64,000 nt of DNA, taken from NCBI GenBank assembly GCA_046483495.1, contig JAWODC010000076.1, positions 32,001-96,000 of the forward strand, written 5' to 3'. This DNA is from Desulfobacterales bacterium. GTDB taxonomy: Bacteria; Desulfobacterota; Desulfobacteria; Desulfobacterales; UBA5616. Numbering within the stretch: the stretch's first letter is position 1; each line of letters starts with the position of its first letter. Positions 1 to 10,340 of this stretch are shown here, in pieces. The notes under the pieces were generated by a model. The model had not been told where the DNA came from. It did no database searches and saw only the letters and a list, made by a program, of their open reading frames with translations. Made by a program: the position numbers and the translations under genes.

Positions 1-753
1 GCCTCGAATGCCGATATCAAATCCACCATGCTGGATATAGTGGGCGAGGAAAATCTAAGTTCGACATGGACAAAGCCATTGCAGCAGTTCAAGCACGGCC
101 CCAGTTTCGTGCTGGGATCAACGGCAATGGCATTGCACGAGGCGCCGGATTTCAAGAGTGCCCGCTGGAACCCGGATATCAATATGTCCTTTTACACCAT
201 TGTGGGATTCGATTCCGCTGAAGAAATGTACCGCTATTGTCATGACGCCCATTCAGGAAGAATTCCGGAAACATACGGTGAAGGCATCTGGGTAAACAGT
301 CTGTGGGACCCGACATACGCGCCTCCCGGAAAGCACAGTTTGACCGGCTGGATTTTCCTGCCCCAGGCAAGCACGCAAAGCCGGGAAAAATGGGAAGAAG
401 TACGTGCAACCTGGAATGACAATTTCCTTAACAATTTCCAGCGATTTGCACCGAATATGACCCGGGACAACGTGATCGACGATTATTTTTACACACCCCA
501 GGATCAGGAAGACGAAATGCGGCTTATGGAAGGCAGTTTCGCCAATGCATCCAACATCATGGATGTCATGACGAGCGGCCTTTTCCCCGAGGCGAGGCAA
601 TATCGAACAGAAATCGAGAATTTATACCTCTGCGGACCCTACATGCATCCCGGGCCGGGGGCCAATGCCGGCCCGGGCTACTGCTGCTTCAAAATTATCG
701 CAGATGACTTCGGCCTGGATAAATTCTGGGAAAGATCGGAACGCGGATACTAA
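1..753 (+). CDS. Phytoene desaturase-like NAD(P)/FAD-dependent oxidoreductase, C-terminal part (5' truncated by window)
   Basis: Frame is open from base 1 (ASNADIKSTM...). Motifs SLWDPTYAPPGKH and YRTEIENLYLCG..MHPG.G...GPGY are typical of the phytoene dehydrogenase-like family. Confidence 0.8.
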   Translation, partial: ASNADIKSTMLDIVGEENLSSTWTKPLQQFKHGPSFVLGSTAMALHEAPDFKSARWNPDINMSFYTIVGFDSAEEMYRYCHDAHSGRIPETYGEGIWVNSLWDPTYAPPGKHSLTGWIFLPQASTQSREKWEEVRATWNDNFLNNFQRFAPNMTRDNVIDDYFYTPQDQEDEMRLMEGSFANASNIMDVMTSGLFPEARQYRTEIENLYLCGPYMHPGPGANAGPGYCCFKIIADDFGLDKFWERSERGY

Positions 754-843
754 TATTCGACCGTAACAAAAACCGCCATCATGCTTTTCAATTATCGGGC
801 CGCGTCACAGAAACGATCGCGTCAGGCGCCGCTTTTCATATCG

Positions 844-1167
844 TCAATCGCACCAATAATCATTCGCCGCGGCGATGGTCTGGAAGTAAACGGCAATCAC
901 GTGTGATACGGCAATGAGGCTGTCCGGGTCATGCGCATATGCCGGCCGCAGTTTCTTTAATACCTCCTTGTCCGGCTGAGTTTCGGTAACCCCTTTGCGG
1001 GCAAGGGAAATGGCCAGTTGAAAACCCTCCTCGGGGGTCGCCGTGATCAGGCTCAGATCACCGGCTTTTGCCATATCCTCCTGGGCCATGGCTGCCGGCG
1101 TCAACACGAAAACCACGAACAAGCAAGTAAAAAAAACGGATTTGATCATTGTCTTCATTCTTTCCAT
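844..1167 (-). CDS. Hexameric tyrosine-coordinated heme protein (HTHP) with N-terminal signal peptide
   Basis: LITATPEEGFQLAISLARKGV..TQPD..L...R..Y..D...LIA.S.VIA..FQTIAAANDYW matches the HTHP family as I recall it. Hydrophobic leader ends AMA-Q. Start could be 1158 or 1149. Confidence 0.85.
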   Translation of the reverse strand: MERMKTMIKSVFFTCLFVVFVLTPAAMAQEDMAKAGDLSLITATPEEGFQLAISLARKGVTETQPDKEVLKKLRPAYAHDPDSLIAVSHVIAVYFQTIAAANDYWCD

Positions 1168-1334
1168 CTGCTGGAAGATTCAATGAATCAGTGTTTGGAA
1201 AACGTCTTCCAATAAGTTGCCTTTTTTGGTAAATAAGGCTAAAAAATCCATTTGAAAATGGGTTTCAGCCCGTATACATGAAACGACAAGACCGTATGCG
1301 ATGGTTGACGATATTGGAAAAGGGGACTACAGCA

Positions 1335-2300
1335 ATGGATAAACTGACGAAAAATGTGATCGACAAGCTTTTGGAATGGGGAGCCGATTTAGTAGGGATA
1401 GCACCTGTAGAACGATTCGCCGAAGCGCCGGAAGGCCACAGGCCGACGGATTTCATGCCCGATTGCAAATCCGTCATTTCCATAGGATTGCACCTGTTCA
1501 ATGAAATGGCGAACGTATGGGGAGAGCAGGCGGATATGACAAAGTCGATGACGCCTTACCTTTTCTACGGGTACGGGTTGACCAATCTCGAGAGTTCGAG
1601 AGCGGTGAACAGGATGGCAAGGGCGCTTGAATACAAGGGCTACAAAACACTCGCCTTCATGCCGACTTGGATGAGCAGTATGGCCAAATATTTTGACACG
1701 ACCCTCGAAACCGGTGAGATGAAGGCGGAATTTTCCCATCGGCATGCGGCCGTAGCGTCCGGAATCGCCGCATTCGGCTGGAACGGTCTGGCCATGACGC
1801 CTGAATTCGGCACAATGAATCGCTTCAACTCACTGCTCACTTCTGCAGAGCTCGAACCCACCCCGATGTACGACGGACCTTCGGTATGCAGGCCTGATCT
1901 TTGCGGGTACACATGCGCAAACGTGTGTCCGGCGGAGGCCATATCGATCGATGAAAAACAAACCTGCCGTGTCGGCGGTGTGGATTTTACCTATGGCGTT
2001 CACGACAATATCCGGTGCAGTTACGCAATCGTAGCGATGATAAAAGGCGTGGGAGGCAGAACGGAGGCTGCCCTTCCCGAAGGAAAGGGGAACCCGTTGC
2101 AGTTAATGGCGGATGTCGAGTCCGGAGAAATGGTGCATCCCTATGATAAAGCCATGCTGGACAACTGTTTCGGCCTGATTTGCGGCGATTTCTGCGGAAA
2201 ATGCCTTCACCAGTGCCCCTCGAGGGACGTCATCAAGAAGACGTTGAAAGATTACGACTTTTCATCACGGCACTCGTCTTTGAATCGTGCAATCGTGTAG
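1335..2300 (+). CDS. Epoxyqueuosine reductase (QueG)/reductive dehalogenase-like double [4Fe-4S] protein
   Basis: GADLVGIAPV, P.DFMP.CKSVISIG, FSHRHAAVASG...G.NGL.MTPEFG; Cys clusters CRPDLCGYTCANVCP and CGDFCGKCLHQCP. Start chosen after AAGGGG RBS. Confidence 0.75.
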   Translation: MDKLTKNVIDKLLEWGADLVGIAPVERFAEAPEGHRPTDFMPDCKSVISIGLHLFNEMANVWGEQADMTKSMTPYLFYGYGLTNLESSRAVNRMARALEYKGYKTLAFMPTWMSSMAKYFDTTLETGEMKAEFSHRHAAVASGIAAFGWNGLAMTPEFGTMNRFNSLLTSAELEPTPMYDGPSVCRPDLCGYTCANVCPAEAISIDEKQTCRVGGVDFTYGVHDNIRCSYAIVAMIKGVGGRTEAALPEGKGNPLQLMADVESGEMVHPYDKAMLDNCFGLICGDFCGKCLHQCPSRDVIKKTLKDYDFSSRHSSLNRAIV

Positions 2301-2342
2301 CATCGGGCAATAAACCAGGAATTACAGCCAAATCCGGACGAT

Positions 2343-3598
2343 TCAGGCTCCACGAATCGCGTCAATGAGGGCGTCTATTCCCTTTGATTTGGGAAAAAAT
2401 GCGATTTCCTCGATGCCGTCGGACGTATCATCCGGTTCGAACCGCGTCAGTCCGACAATGCGAACATTGGGCAATTTCGACAAAATCAACCTGGATGTCA
2501 GGGCGGCATTTTCCTGTTTGGCATCGAAATCCATTACGATTACATCCGGGTTTCGTTCACATGCCGTATTCAGCGCTTTTTCCATGCTTGTCGCTTCACC
2601 GATGACATCTATATCCGGATAACGTTTCAGCATCGAGAACAGCGTGCCCAGCATTACTTGATCATGATGGACAATCACAACCCGCTTTCGGCCCCGCTCA
2701 GGCACCCGACTTGCGCCGTTTGCTTCTGCAGGCAAGTGATGTGTTGAAAACGTGTCTACGGGAAGAAACATGCTGATGGTCGACCCCCGGCCCGGTGCAC
2801 TGACAATTTCCATCCGGCCCCCGATATTCGCAAGTCTTTCTTCGATACTGAAGAGTCCCAAACGGATCCGTGAACCTGCTTCTTTTTCAATCGATTCCGG
2901 CTCGAATCCTGCGCCTTGGTCACTGACGACGATTCGCAATTCCCGGTGCATGCACGCCATGAACACGGAGGCGGATTTTACGCCCGCATGCTTGCATACA
3001 TTCAACAGCAGTTCCCGTATCGAATGGAACAGCAAAATCGTAAGGTCTTCCCGGGACGGAAGGGCTTCACCTTCGATGTTCAGGATAACCTCGAAATCCA
3101 GGTTTTCATGCATCCATTGCACCAGCCACTCCAGTGACGCGAAAATATCGCCGGACCGCAGCACCGGCGGCGATAATTGAGCGGTCAAGGATCGGGCCGA
3201 GTCAATGGACTGGTTGATCAGCTCGAGTACCCGTTCAGCTTCCGGCTTCATGGCATCCTCGATACGCGATATCAAAGCTTCCTGGCCGATCTTGGCAGCC
3301 ACCATAAGCTGCTGCAGATCATCATGAAGCATTCTCGAGATCCTGTCGCGCTCCTGCTGCTCCGCAATCAGCACATCCGAGCTGAAACGGTTCAGCTTTT
3401 CATCCATTTTTCCAAAGCGCTGTTTCGACAAATCGCCTCTTCGGCCATGTTAAACGGTTTGCATGCAGATAAATAGGTGCCGGCGAGGATTCCCATCTTC
3501 CATGATCATCCGAACGGCATCCGAGTGATTTCAAAAAAAAACGCGCGGCAGTGAACATCGGTGATCGGTTTTTTCGGGTGGGGACAGTTTTCCTTCAT
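2343..3598 (-). pseudogene. NarX/UhpB-type (HisKA_3) hybrid sensor kinase with frameshifted N-terminal PAS remnant
   Basis: ORF 2343-3431 has ERDRISRMLHDDLQQ, ELLLNVCKHA, DQGAGF, GLFSIEERL and a degenerate receiver. Upstream, an RBS and ATG (3598) are followed by PAS-like fragments in shifting frames. Confidence 0.6.
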
Positions 3599-3748
3599 CA
3601 ACGCGCCTCTTTCCTATCGCTATAGGGCAGGCGAATACAAAACCGACTCAAGGTGCCTATACCATTTACGAGAAAGTAAGTAAATCATTACGGCTTCTGC
3701 ATCTGGAATGCAAACGCACTTTTCCGTCGGCGGTCAGCGGCACATCTG

Positions 3749-3794
3749 GCGGGACGGACGCGAAGGGCGAGACGGGCGAGACGCGAGAGACGGG
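3749..3794. repeat. Degenerate ~9-nt tandem repeat (GAGACGGGC-like)
   Basis: gcgggacggacgcgaagggcgagacgggcgagacgcgagagacggg. Confidence 0.55.
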
Positions 3795-3981
3795 ATTGAG
3801 AATTGCATTGGATTTTTTTCGCCCTGCGCTGCAGTCAGGGGGTCTGGATGGCAACCTCTTATAAAAATCTGCACACTTATTCAGCAAAAAGTATGGAAAA
3901 TCATACAGTAGTTTCGATCATTCTGCGGGGCTTTTTTAGTAATTGTTATTGATTCAAGGGCTTATTCATGGTATAAAAAAA

Positions 3982-3997
3982 AGGAATAGAATTTGCT
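3982..3997 (+). promoter_or_regulatory. Possible sigma-54 (-24/-12) promoter upstream of the DUF4382 gene
   Basis: AGGAATAGAATTTGCT has GG-N10-GC spacing with TTGCT, but the -24 half is imperfect. Confidence 0.35.
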
Positions 3998-4290
3998 TGT
4001 CTTAGTTGGTGGTCATCTGAAAACGGTGGTTTTTCAGGGCAAAGTTTAGAGCCTCTTAATGTCGCCGTTATGACCGGGTACTTTATCTTTTTTGTTTACT
4101 GCATGTCAGGTCCCTTAACTAGTGGCCATCCAGAAATGAGAAAATTCGATTCAGTTCAAGGCGGCCGGAAAATTTTAACCGTATGAATACATTGAGTATT
4201 TTGAGGATTAAAATTTTTCGGCCAACGCCGAAATGGAGCGAATCAGCCATTTCTGGATGGCCACTAACTAAAATGGAAGGAGATTATTGT

Positions 4291-5496
4291 ATGAAGCTCA
4301 TTAAAAACAATTTCTGGTTTCTTTCACTTATTTGCCTGTTTCTGCTGTCGGCCTGCAGTGGGGGCGGGGGGTCATCTTCATCCGACGGCACCGGGACCTT
4401 GTCCCTGGGCCTTACCGATGCAACGACCGACGAATACCAGGCCGTGTACGTTACCATCGAAAGCGTGGAGGTGCATTTGGGTGCGGATGGTGAAGAAGAG
4501 GAAGGGGAGTGGATTACGGTCGCGGATCCCAACCAAACCTATAACCTTTTGGAACTGGTAAACGGGGTAATCGCTCAGCTTGGCGTGACGGATCTTCAAT
4601 CGGGGCTCTACACGCAGATGCGGCTGCATTTAGGCGATACAGCGGATGACGGCACGAACATCCTGGGCGACGAACATACTTGCCCCAATTATATTATCGA
4701 TAGTGGGGATAATATCATTCCATTGACTGTCCCCAGCGGCTATCAGACCGGTATAAAACTGGTGCAGGAATTTGAAATCGTAGCCGGAGTTACCGCCGAG
4801 CTGGTTCTGGATTTTGATGCCTGCGCCTCTATCGTAAAAGCGGGCAACAGCGGTCAGTACCTGTTGAAGCCCACCATTAAGGTCGTAGACACCCTGGACA
4901 ACGCCGCCCTCAACGGAACAGTCATGGATGCTACTGAAACATACGGCATACCCGGCGCCCTCGTTTCTGCGCAGATTTATGATGATTCTTCCGCAGATCC
5001 GAAAGATAGGGTGGAGGTTTTTACATCAACCCTTAGCGAGGAGGATCCTGCGGGAGAGTACTTGATGTACCTGCCGCCCGCCTTTTACAATATCGTAGCG
5101 TATAAGGAAGCTTATTTGCCGGCATGCAAGCAATTTACGGCCGTGCATGATCAAGTAGAGCAAAAAAACTTCAAGCTCACGGCTGCGGCTTATCTGGGTA
5201 TTGTAAATTGCACCTTCGATATTACAGATCCCGATCCGGCTGATCAAGAAGCCGTGATCAGTTTTCGGCAATTGTCGGAATGCGAATGTGAAGAAGACGT
5301 TACGACTGTAGATCAAGAGATCGAAATTTTATCAAAAAGCGTTACCGACGATACGTCTTTTGTGGTCAATTTGCCGGGAGGCGAATACAATGTGGTTGCA
5401 TCGGCAGCGGGCCAAACCACAGTAGAACAGGATATAACTGTAACCCAGAGCACCCCGTATGATCTGAATATCACCTTATCACCGGCAACGCCGTAA
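4291..5496 (+). CDS. DUF4382 domain lipoprotein with carboxypeptidase-regulatory-like C-terminal domains
   Basis: Lipobox LLSAC, G/S linker, [60 protein letters not shown]. Confidence 0.85.
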   Translation: MKLIKNNFWFLSLICLFLLSACSGGGGSSSSDGTGTLSLGLTDATTDEYQAVYVTIESVEVHLGADGEEEEGEWITVADPNQTYNLLELVNGVIAQLGVTDLQSGLYTQMRLHLGDTADDGTNILGDEHTCPNYIIDSGDNIIPLTVPSGYQTGIKLVQEFEIVAGVTAELVLDFDACASIVKAGNSGQYLLKPTIKVVDTLDNAALNGTVMDATETYGIPGALVSAQIYDDSSADPKDRVEVFTSTLSEEDPAGEYLMYLPPAFYNIVAYKEAYLPACKQFTAVHDQVEQKNFKLTAAAYLGIVNCTFDITDPDPADQEAVISFRQLSECECEEDVTTVDQEIEILSKSVTDDTSFVVNLPGGEYNVVASAAGQTTVEQDITVTQSTPYDLNITLSPATP

Positions 5497-5530
5497 TCAC
5501 ATGAACCCACCTAAATTCTGCTAATTTGCT

Positions 5531-5559
5531 GCCCGCCTCCGGCATGGCCTGAGGCGGGC
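5531..5559. terminator. GC-rich hairpin downstream of the DUF4382 gene
   Basis: gcccgcctc...gaggcgggc 9-bp stem, weak U-tract. Confidence 0.5.
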
Positions 5560-5943
5560 TATTCAATAAACCTACAAATAACAGCCGAAAAGGTTTTTTT
5601 GTTATCTCCCGGAATTTCCGCTAAAAACATCGAGGCGAACAGTTTGGCCCAAAAAGCACTACACCCCCCTGATGCATGTCAACCCGCTAAATTGCAATAG
5701 CTCTTTATAAATCCAACCTTCTCTTGCCCTTTCTCTGCAAAACTGCTAATTAGTCAAAAATTTTTTGCGCTCTTGCAAGCCTCTCAATGGATAGGCAACG
5801 CTTACTACATAGGCTGAGCCATTCAAATCCCAAGTAATGTATTATAACTTCCTTCAGCTTTATGGACAACATCTTATATAAGGAATGGGTTCCAAATCCG
5901 GTGTTTATATCTTTCTAACCCTTATGTGGAGCTGAAAAAAAAG

Positions 5944-8283
5944 ATGAATCCGAAACCGACATACGAAGAGTTGGAAGATAGAATCAACGAATTGGAAAAG
6001 ACCGTCGCGTCTTTCAAACGGTTTGAAAACATCTTGAACAAATCCGACGGCGAATACCGGCAATTAGTGGAAAACCTCAATGATGTCATTTATTTTCTCG
6101 ATCCTGAGGGACGTATTCTTTACATCAGTCCGGTTGTCGAAGAGATTACGCAATACACCGTCGGTGACCTGACAGGAAAAAACGTCTTCGAAATGGTTCA
6201 TCCGGATGATTTGCCGGGGCTGCTGAAAAGCTTCGAGCGCACCTTAAACGGCAGGCATGAGCCGTATGAATACCGCATTTTCGATAAAGACGGCTCTATG
6301 CGGCATGTGAGGTCTTACAGCAGGTTGATTTACGATGGCGAAAAACTGATTGGAATGACCGGCGTCATCTCCGATGTGCTGTACCGAAAATACATCGAAC
6401 AGGTCATAAAAGAAAGCCAGGAACGATACAAAGCCATTTTCGAACGTTCACTGGATTGCATCTATGTTCATGACTTCGAAGGAAATTTTATCGATGCGAA
6501 TGAACAGACGCTCAAACTGATCGGCTGCGGCAAAGATGAATTAAAAACGTTGAATTTTCATTCCCTGATCGATCCGGCTCAAGTACGGATCGCCCGAAAA
6601 GGTATGGAATTTCTCAGGAAAAATGGATATTATGAGGATTTGCAGGAATACAATATAACATGCAGGAACGGCGGCTTTAAATATATCGAAGCAAGGGCCT
6701 CGCTGATTGAAAAAGACGGTCAGCCTTACGCCATCCAGGGCGTTGCCCGGGACATTACCGAAAAGAAGATGTTAATGAAAGACTTGAGGCTGAAAGACCT
6801 GGCCATCAACTCTTCGATCAACGGCATCGCCTTAACCGATCTGGACGGCCGGTTAACCTTTGTCAATCCATCCTTTTTAACCCTGTGGCGATACGGAAAC
6901 AGCGAAGAAGTAGTGAACCGGAATGCAATCGACTTCTGGCAGAATCCGGAACAGGCCGGGGAAGTGCTTCAAGCGATCAAAAACAACGGAAGCTGGATGG
7001 GAGACCTGATTGCCAAAAGAAAGGACGGCACCCAGTTCGATGCGCATTTGTCCGCCAATCTCGTATTCAATGAATGCAACGAGCCCGTTTCCATCATTAC
7101 TTCCTTTCTCGATATCACCGTTCAGCGGGAGCTTGAAGCCAATTTAAGACAGAACCAGAAAATGGAGGCGATCGGCACACTTGTATGCGGCATTTCACAT
7201 GATTTCAACAATATACTTACGCTGATCATTGGAAACGCGGAAATGGCGATTGAAATGATCGCCCGCAATCGGCAACCCGAAGATTACATCAAGCGCATTT
7301 TGGATGCCGGTTTCCGAGCGCGTGATATCGTGGGGCAGCTCGTCACCATCAGCCGTCAAAGAGAAAATGATAAAATTCCGCTGAAAATCAACTTCCTGAT
7401 CAATGAGACCCTGAAGCTGATACGATCGACCATTCCATCGAACATAAAGATCATAAAGAATATTCGCTATGAGTCATCCTCTATTTTAGGCGACCCGTCG
7501 CAGATCAATCAGTTGGTGATCAACTTGTGCATCAATGCCTTTCATGCCATGGAGGAAACCGGCGGAACCTTGGACATCGAATTAAAAGACATCCATTTGA
7601 ATGAAATCGATGCCGAAAAGCTGCAGCTTTCGGGAGCGGGAAAATATGTCCGACTGGCGGTAAAAGATACGGGTACAGGGATCGATCCGAAACATGAGGG
7701 CAAGATATTCGAGCCTTACTTCACGACAAAGGAATTCGGAAAAGGTTCCGGGTTGGGGTTGTTTACCGTTTACGGCACCGTTAAAAACCATAACGCCGCC
7801 ATCGACGTGAGCAGCTCGTCTGAAACCGGGACAACAATTGCCGTTTTCTTTCCCGTTTTCGAAACAGAATTGAAATCGATGAAACCGTCACCTCTTGTCC
7901 ACACGGCAAAACACCATCTGAGCGTCTTATTTGTCGATGATGATAAACTCATCATGGAATTGGCCGAGCTCATGCTCGATAACCTGGGCTATGAATCATT
8001 GTGTGTAACGAATCCGCTCGAGGCCCTTGACCTATTCAAATCCGATCCCGACAGGTTCGATGTAATCATAACCGACCTGTCAATGCCGGAAATGGGGGGT
8101 GACGCGCTGGCCCGTTGCATATTGGACATCCGCCCCACCATCCCCATCATTTTATGCACCGGATACAATGAGCTCGACGATGAAAAAACCGACGGCTCCG
8201 GGATAAAGGCGGTTTTGCACAAGCCCTTTAAAAAGGATCATATCAGAGAAGCCATACAAGCGGTTTTGACCGTCGATCGATAA
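5944..8283 (+). CDS. Hybrid sensor histidine kinase (3 PAS + HisKA + HATPase + receiver)
   Basis: Three PAS repeats, ISHDFNNIL, NLCINAFHAM, DTGTGI, FTTKEFGKGSGLGL, receiver VDDD...ITDLSMP. Confidence 0.92.
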   Translation: MNPKPTYEELEDRINELEKTVASFKRFENILNKSDGEYRQLVENLNDVIYFLDPEGRILYISPVVEEITQYTVGDLTGKNVFEMVHPDDLPGLLKSFERTLNGRHEPYEYRIFDKDGSMRHVRSYSRLIYDGEKLIGMTGVISDVLYRKYIEQVIKESQERYKAIFERSLDCIYVHDFEGNFIDANEQTLKLIGCGKDELKTLNFHSLIDPAQVRIARKGMEFLRKNGYYEDLQEYNITCRNGGFKYIEARASLIEKDGQPYAIQGVARDITEKKMLMKDLRLKDLAINSSINGIALTDLDGRLTFVNPSFLTLWRYGNSEEVVNRNAIDFWQNPEQAGEVLQAIKNNGSWMGDLIAKRKDGTQFDAHLSANLVFNECNEPVSIITSFLDITVQRELEANLRQNQKMEAIGTLVCGISHDFNNILTLIIGNAEMAIEMIARNRQPEDYIKRILDAGFRARDIVGQLVTISRQRENDKIPLKINFLINETLKLIRSTIPSNIKIIKNIRYESSSILGDPSQINQLVINLCINAFHAMEETGGTLDIELKDIHLNEIDAEKLQLSGAGKYVRLAVKDTGTGIDPKHEGKIFEPYFTTKEFGKGSGLGLFTVYGTVKNHNAAIDVSSSSETGTTIAVFFPVFETELKSMKPSPLVHTAKHHLSVLFVDDDKLIMELAELMLDNLGYESLCVTNPLEALDLFKSDPDRFDVIITDLSMPEMGGDALARCILDIRPTIPIILCTGYNELDDEKTDGSGIKAVLHKPFKKDHIREAIQAVLTVDR

Positions 8284-8289
8284 GGCTTT

Positions 8290-10269
8290 TCACAGTTCCA
8301 TACCCGTCTTGTATCCCTGGTAAATGGCGCTTATCAGGCGATGAGGGGAAAGGCAATCGCCGATTTTATAGATTTCCGGAACCCTGTCCTTCAACCGGTC
8401 ATAAAGCGCTGTATCCGCTTTGCGCCAGTAAGCGGTGACCAATGTGTCGGCATCCACTTCCACGTCCTGTTCCGTGAGGAGCTGCCGAAGCACTACCTTT
8501 CCGGGTTTTGCCCCTTTGACCATCATTCCCGGTACGAAGTTCACCTGTTTCATCGTCAGGATCTGCATGTGAAATAAAAAGTTGGCGCCTTCCACGAGAT
8601 AGGGGGCTCGATTGAAGAGGGTACCGGTGGGCATCACCAGCGTAACCTGCTTCCCCTGGTCGGCCAATACATCCGCCGCAATGATTCCCTTGATGTACTG
8701 CTGAAAATCCCCGATGACAACACGGTCCCCGGTTTCCACCTTCCTTTCCAGGACGTCCTCCGCCGTGACCACGTGGGCGCCGTCTTCAACAGCGACGGCG
8801 AAAAAGGGCCCCACCTGTTCAGGGCCGTAATCGGTTATCGTCGAAGCTCCCGTGGCAACAATCACCGCATCGGGTTTTTCCTGTTCCACCAGGGCGGCAT
8901 CCACCAGGGTATTCATATGAACATTCACCTTCAACCGATCCAGTTCGTGGTTCAAATATCGGACGACCTGGCTCATTTCTTCCCGGGTCGGTGCCTTGGC
9001 ATGGATCAGAACCGCACCGCCGAGTTGATCCGTCTTCTCGTAAAGATCAACCTGGTGCCCTCTTTCTTTGGCGGCAGCCGCCGCTTTCATTCCTGCACAC
9101 CCCCCGCCGATGACCATTATTTTTTTGGGGACATCCACCGGCTGCAGTGTAAATTCCGCTTCCCGCCCGCTTTCAGGATTCTGCACACAGGTAATCGGCC
9201 GGTGAGCCAGGGTCCTCTCCCAGCATCCCTCATTGCAGTCGATGCACCGCCGGATGTCGTCGAAGCGGCCCTCCCTGGCCTTGTTCGGCATTTGCGAATC
9301 ACAGATGGTCGCCCGCGTCATCACCACCATATCCGCCTCATGGTTTTTTATGATCTCATCGGCCAGTTCCGGATCGATGATCCGAATGGCGGCAAATACA
9401 GGCAGGTCCACGACCTGCCGGAGTTCAGCGGCAAGGTATACAAACGGTCTCGGAGGAAATCCCATCGGCGGCAGGCTCACGCCGGCCGATACGTACGTTC
9501 CCACAGTTACATTCAAATAATCGATGTATCCGTTTTCTTCCCAGATGGGTGCAATTTCCTTCATATCGTCCAGTGTATACCCCCCGGGTGTCATTTCATC
9601 TCCACTGGTTCGGATCCCCACCACGAAATCATCCCCGACGGCGGTTCGAACAGCCTCCATGAGCTCCAATCCAAACCGCATCCGGTTTTCGAGGCTGCCG
9701 CCGTATTTATCGGTCCTGATATTCGAGTACGGCGACAAAAACTGCTGCGGCAGGTATCCATGGCCGAAGTGGAGCTCCACGCCGTCAAAACCGCCGGCCT
9801 TCAGCCTTTGTGAAAACGCGACATATTTTTGGATGATGTCCCGGATGCCCTCTTCATCGAGGACTTCGGGAACTTCGCCCAAAGCCGCCGATGGAATCCC
9901 GGAAACGCCGCGGGTGTTTCGCCAGCTGTAAAACGACTGGCTTTGATTCCCGTTGTGCCAGGCCTGGCAGAAAATCTTTGCACCATGCTCATGGACCGTA
10001 TCACTGATTTTCGTAAGCCATGGCACGATATCATCCCGCCATCCCTGCAGAATGGCCGGTTCCACCTGAACTTCGGGTGAAACCATTGCCGCTTCCATGA
10101 CGATCAGGCCGACACCTCCTTTGGCGCGTGCTTCATGATATTTCACGTACCGGTCATTCGGCAGACCGTCCGTTGTAAAGCTCGTCATATGGCCTGAAAC
10201 AAGGATGCGGTTTCGAATTTCGCAATTTCTGATGGTAATGGGCGAAAAAAGGTTTGGTAAGTGTGTCAT
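8290..10269 (-). CDS. Old yellow enzyme family flavin/[4Fe-4S] oxidoreductase (2,4-dienoyl-CoA reductase-like)
   Basis: ARAKGGVGLI, ELHFGHGYL..QFLSP..N.RTDKYGGSLENRMRF, CIDCNEGC-x11-CVQNP, VIGGG.AGM. GGAG RBS before MTHLPNL. Confidence 0.9.
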   Translation of the reverse strand: MTHLPNLFSPITIRNCEIRNRILVSGHMTSFTTDGLPNDRYVKYHEARAKGGVGLIVMEAAMVSPEVQVEPAILQGWRDDIVPWLTKISDTVHEHGAKIFCQAWHNGNQSQSFYSWRNTRGVSGIPSAALGEVPEVLDEEGIRDIIQKYVAFSQRLKAGGFDGVELHFGHGYLPQQFLSPYSNIRTDKYGGSLENRMRFGLELMEAVRTAVGDDFVVGIRTSGDEMTPGGYTLDDMKEIAPIWEENGYIDYLNVTVGTYVSAGVSLPPMGFPPRPFVYLAAELRQVVDLPVFAAIRIIDPELADEIIKNHEADMVVMTRATICDSQMPNKAREGRFDDIRRCIDCNEGCWERTLAHRPITCVQNPESGREAEFTLQPVDVPKKIMVIGGGCAGMKAAAAAKERGHQVDLYEKTDQLGGAVLIHAKAPTREEMSQVVRYLNHELDRLKVNVHMNTLVDAALVEQEKPDAVIVATGASTITDYGPEQVGPFFAVAVEDGAHVVTAEDVLERKVETGDRVVIGDFQQYIKGIIAADVLADQGKQVTLVMPTGTLFNRAPYLVEGANFLFHMQILTMKQVNFVPGMMVKGAKPGKVVLRQLLTEQDVEVDADTLVTAYWRKADTALYDRLKDRVPEIYKIGDCLSPHRLISAIYQGYKTGMEL

Positions 10270-10340
10270 AGAAGGCTCCTTTGAAAAAAACAGATAATAT
10301 TTCCGATACGCCGACCCCTGCATGCCGGCCTCGGGTGGCT

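Noticed and set aside
3533..3541. A9/T9 tract as a phase-variation switch
   Set aside because: Additional frameshifts downstream mean a single slip would not restore the gene.
4001..4085. Possible c-di-GMP-I riboswitch (GGGCAAAG near a GAAA hairpin)
   Set aside because: The order and pairing of P1/P2 elements do not fit; only a simple hairpin is evident.
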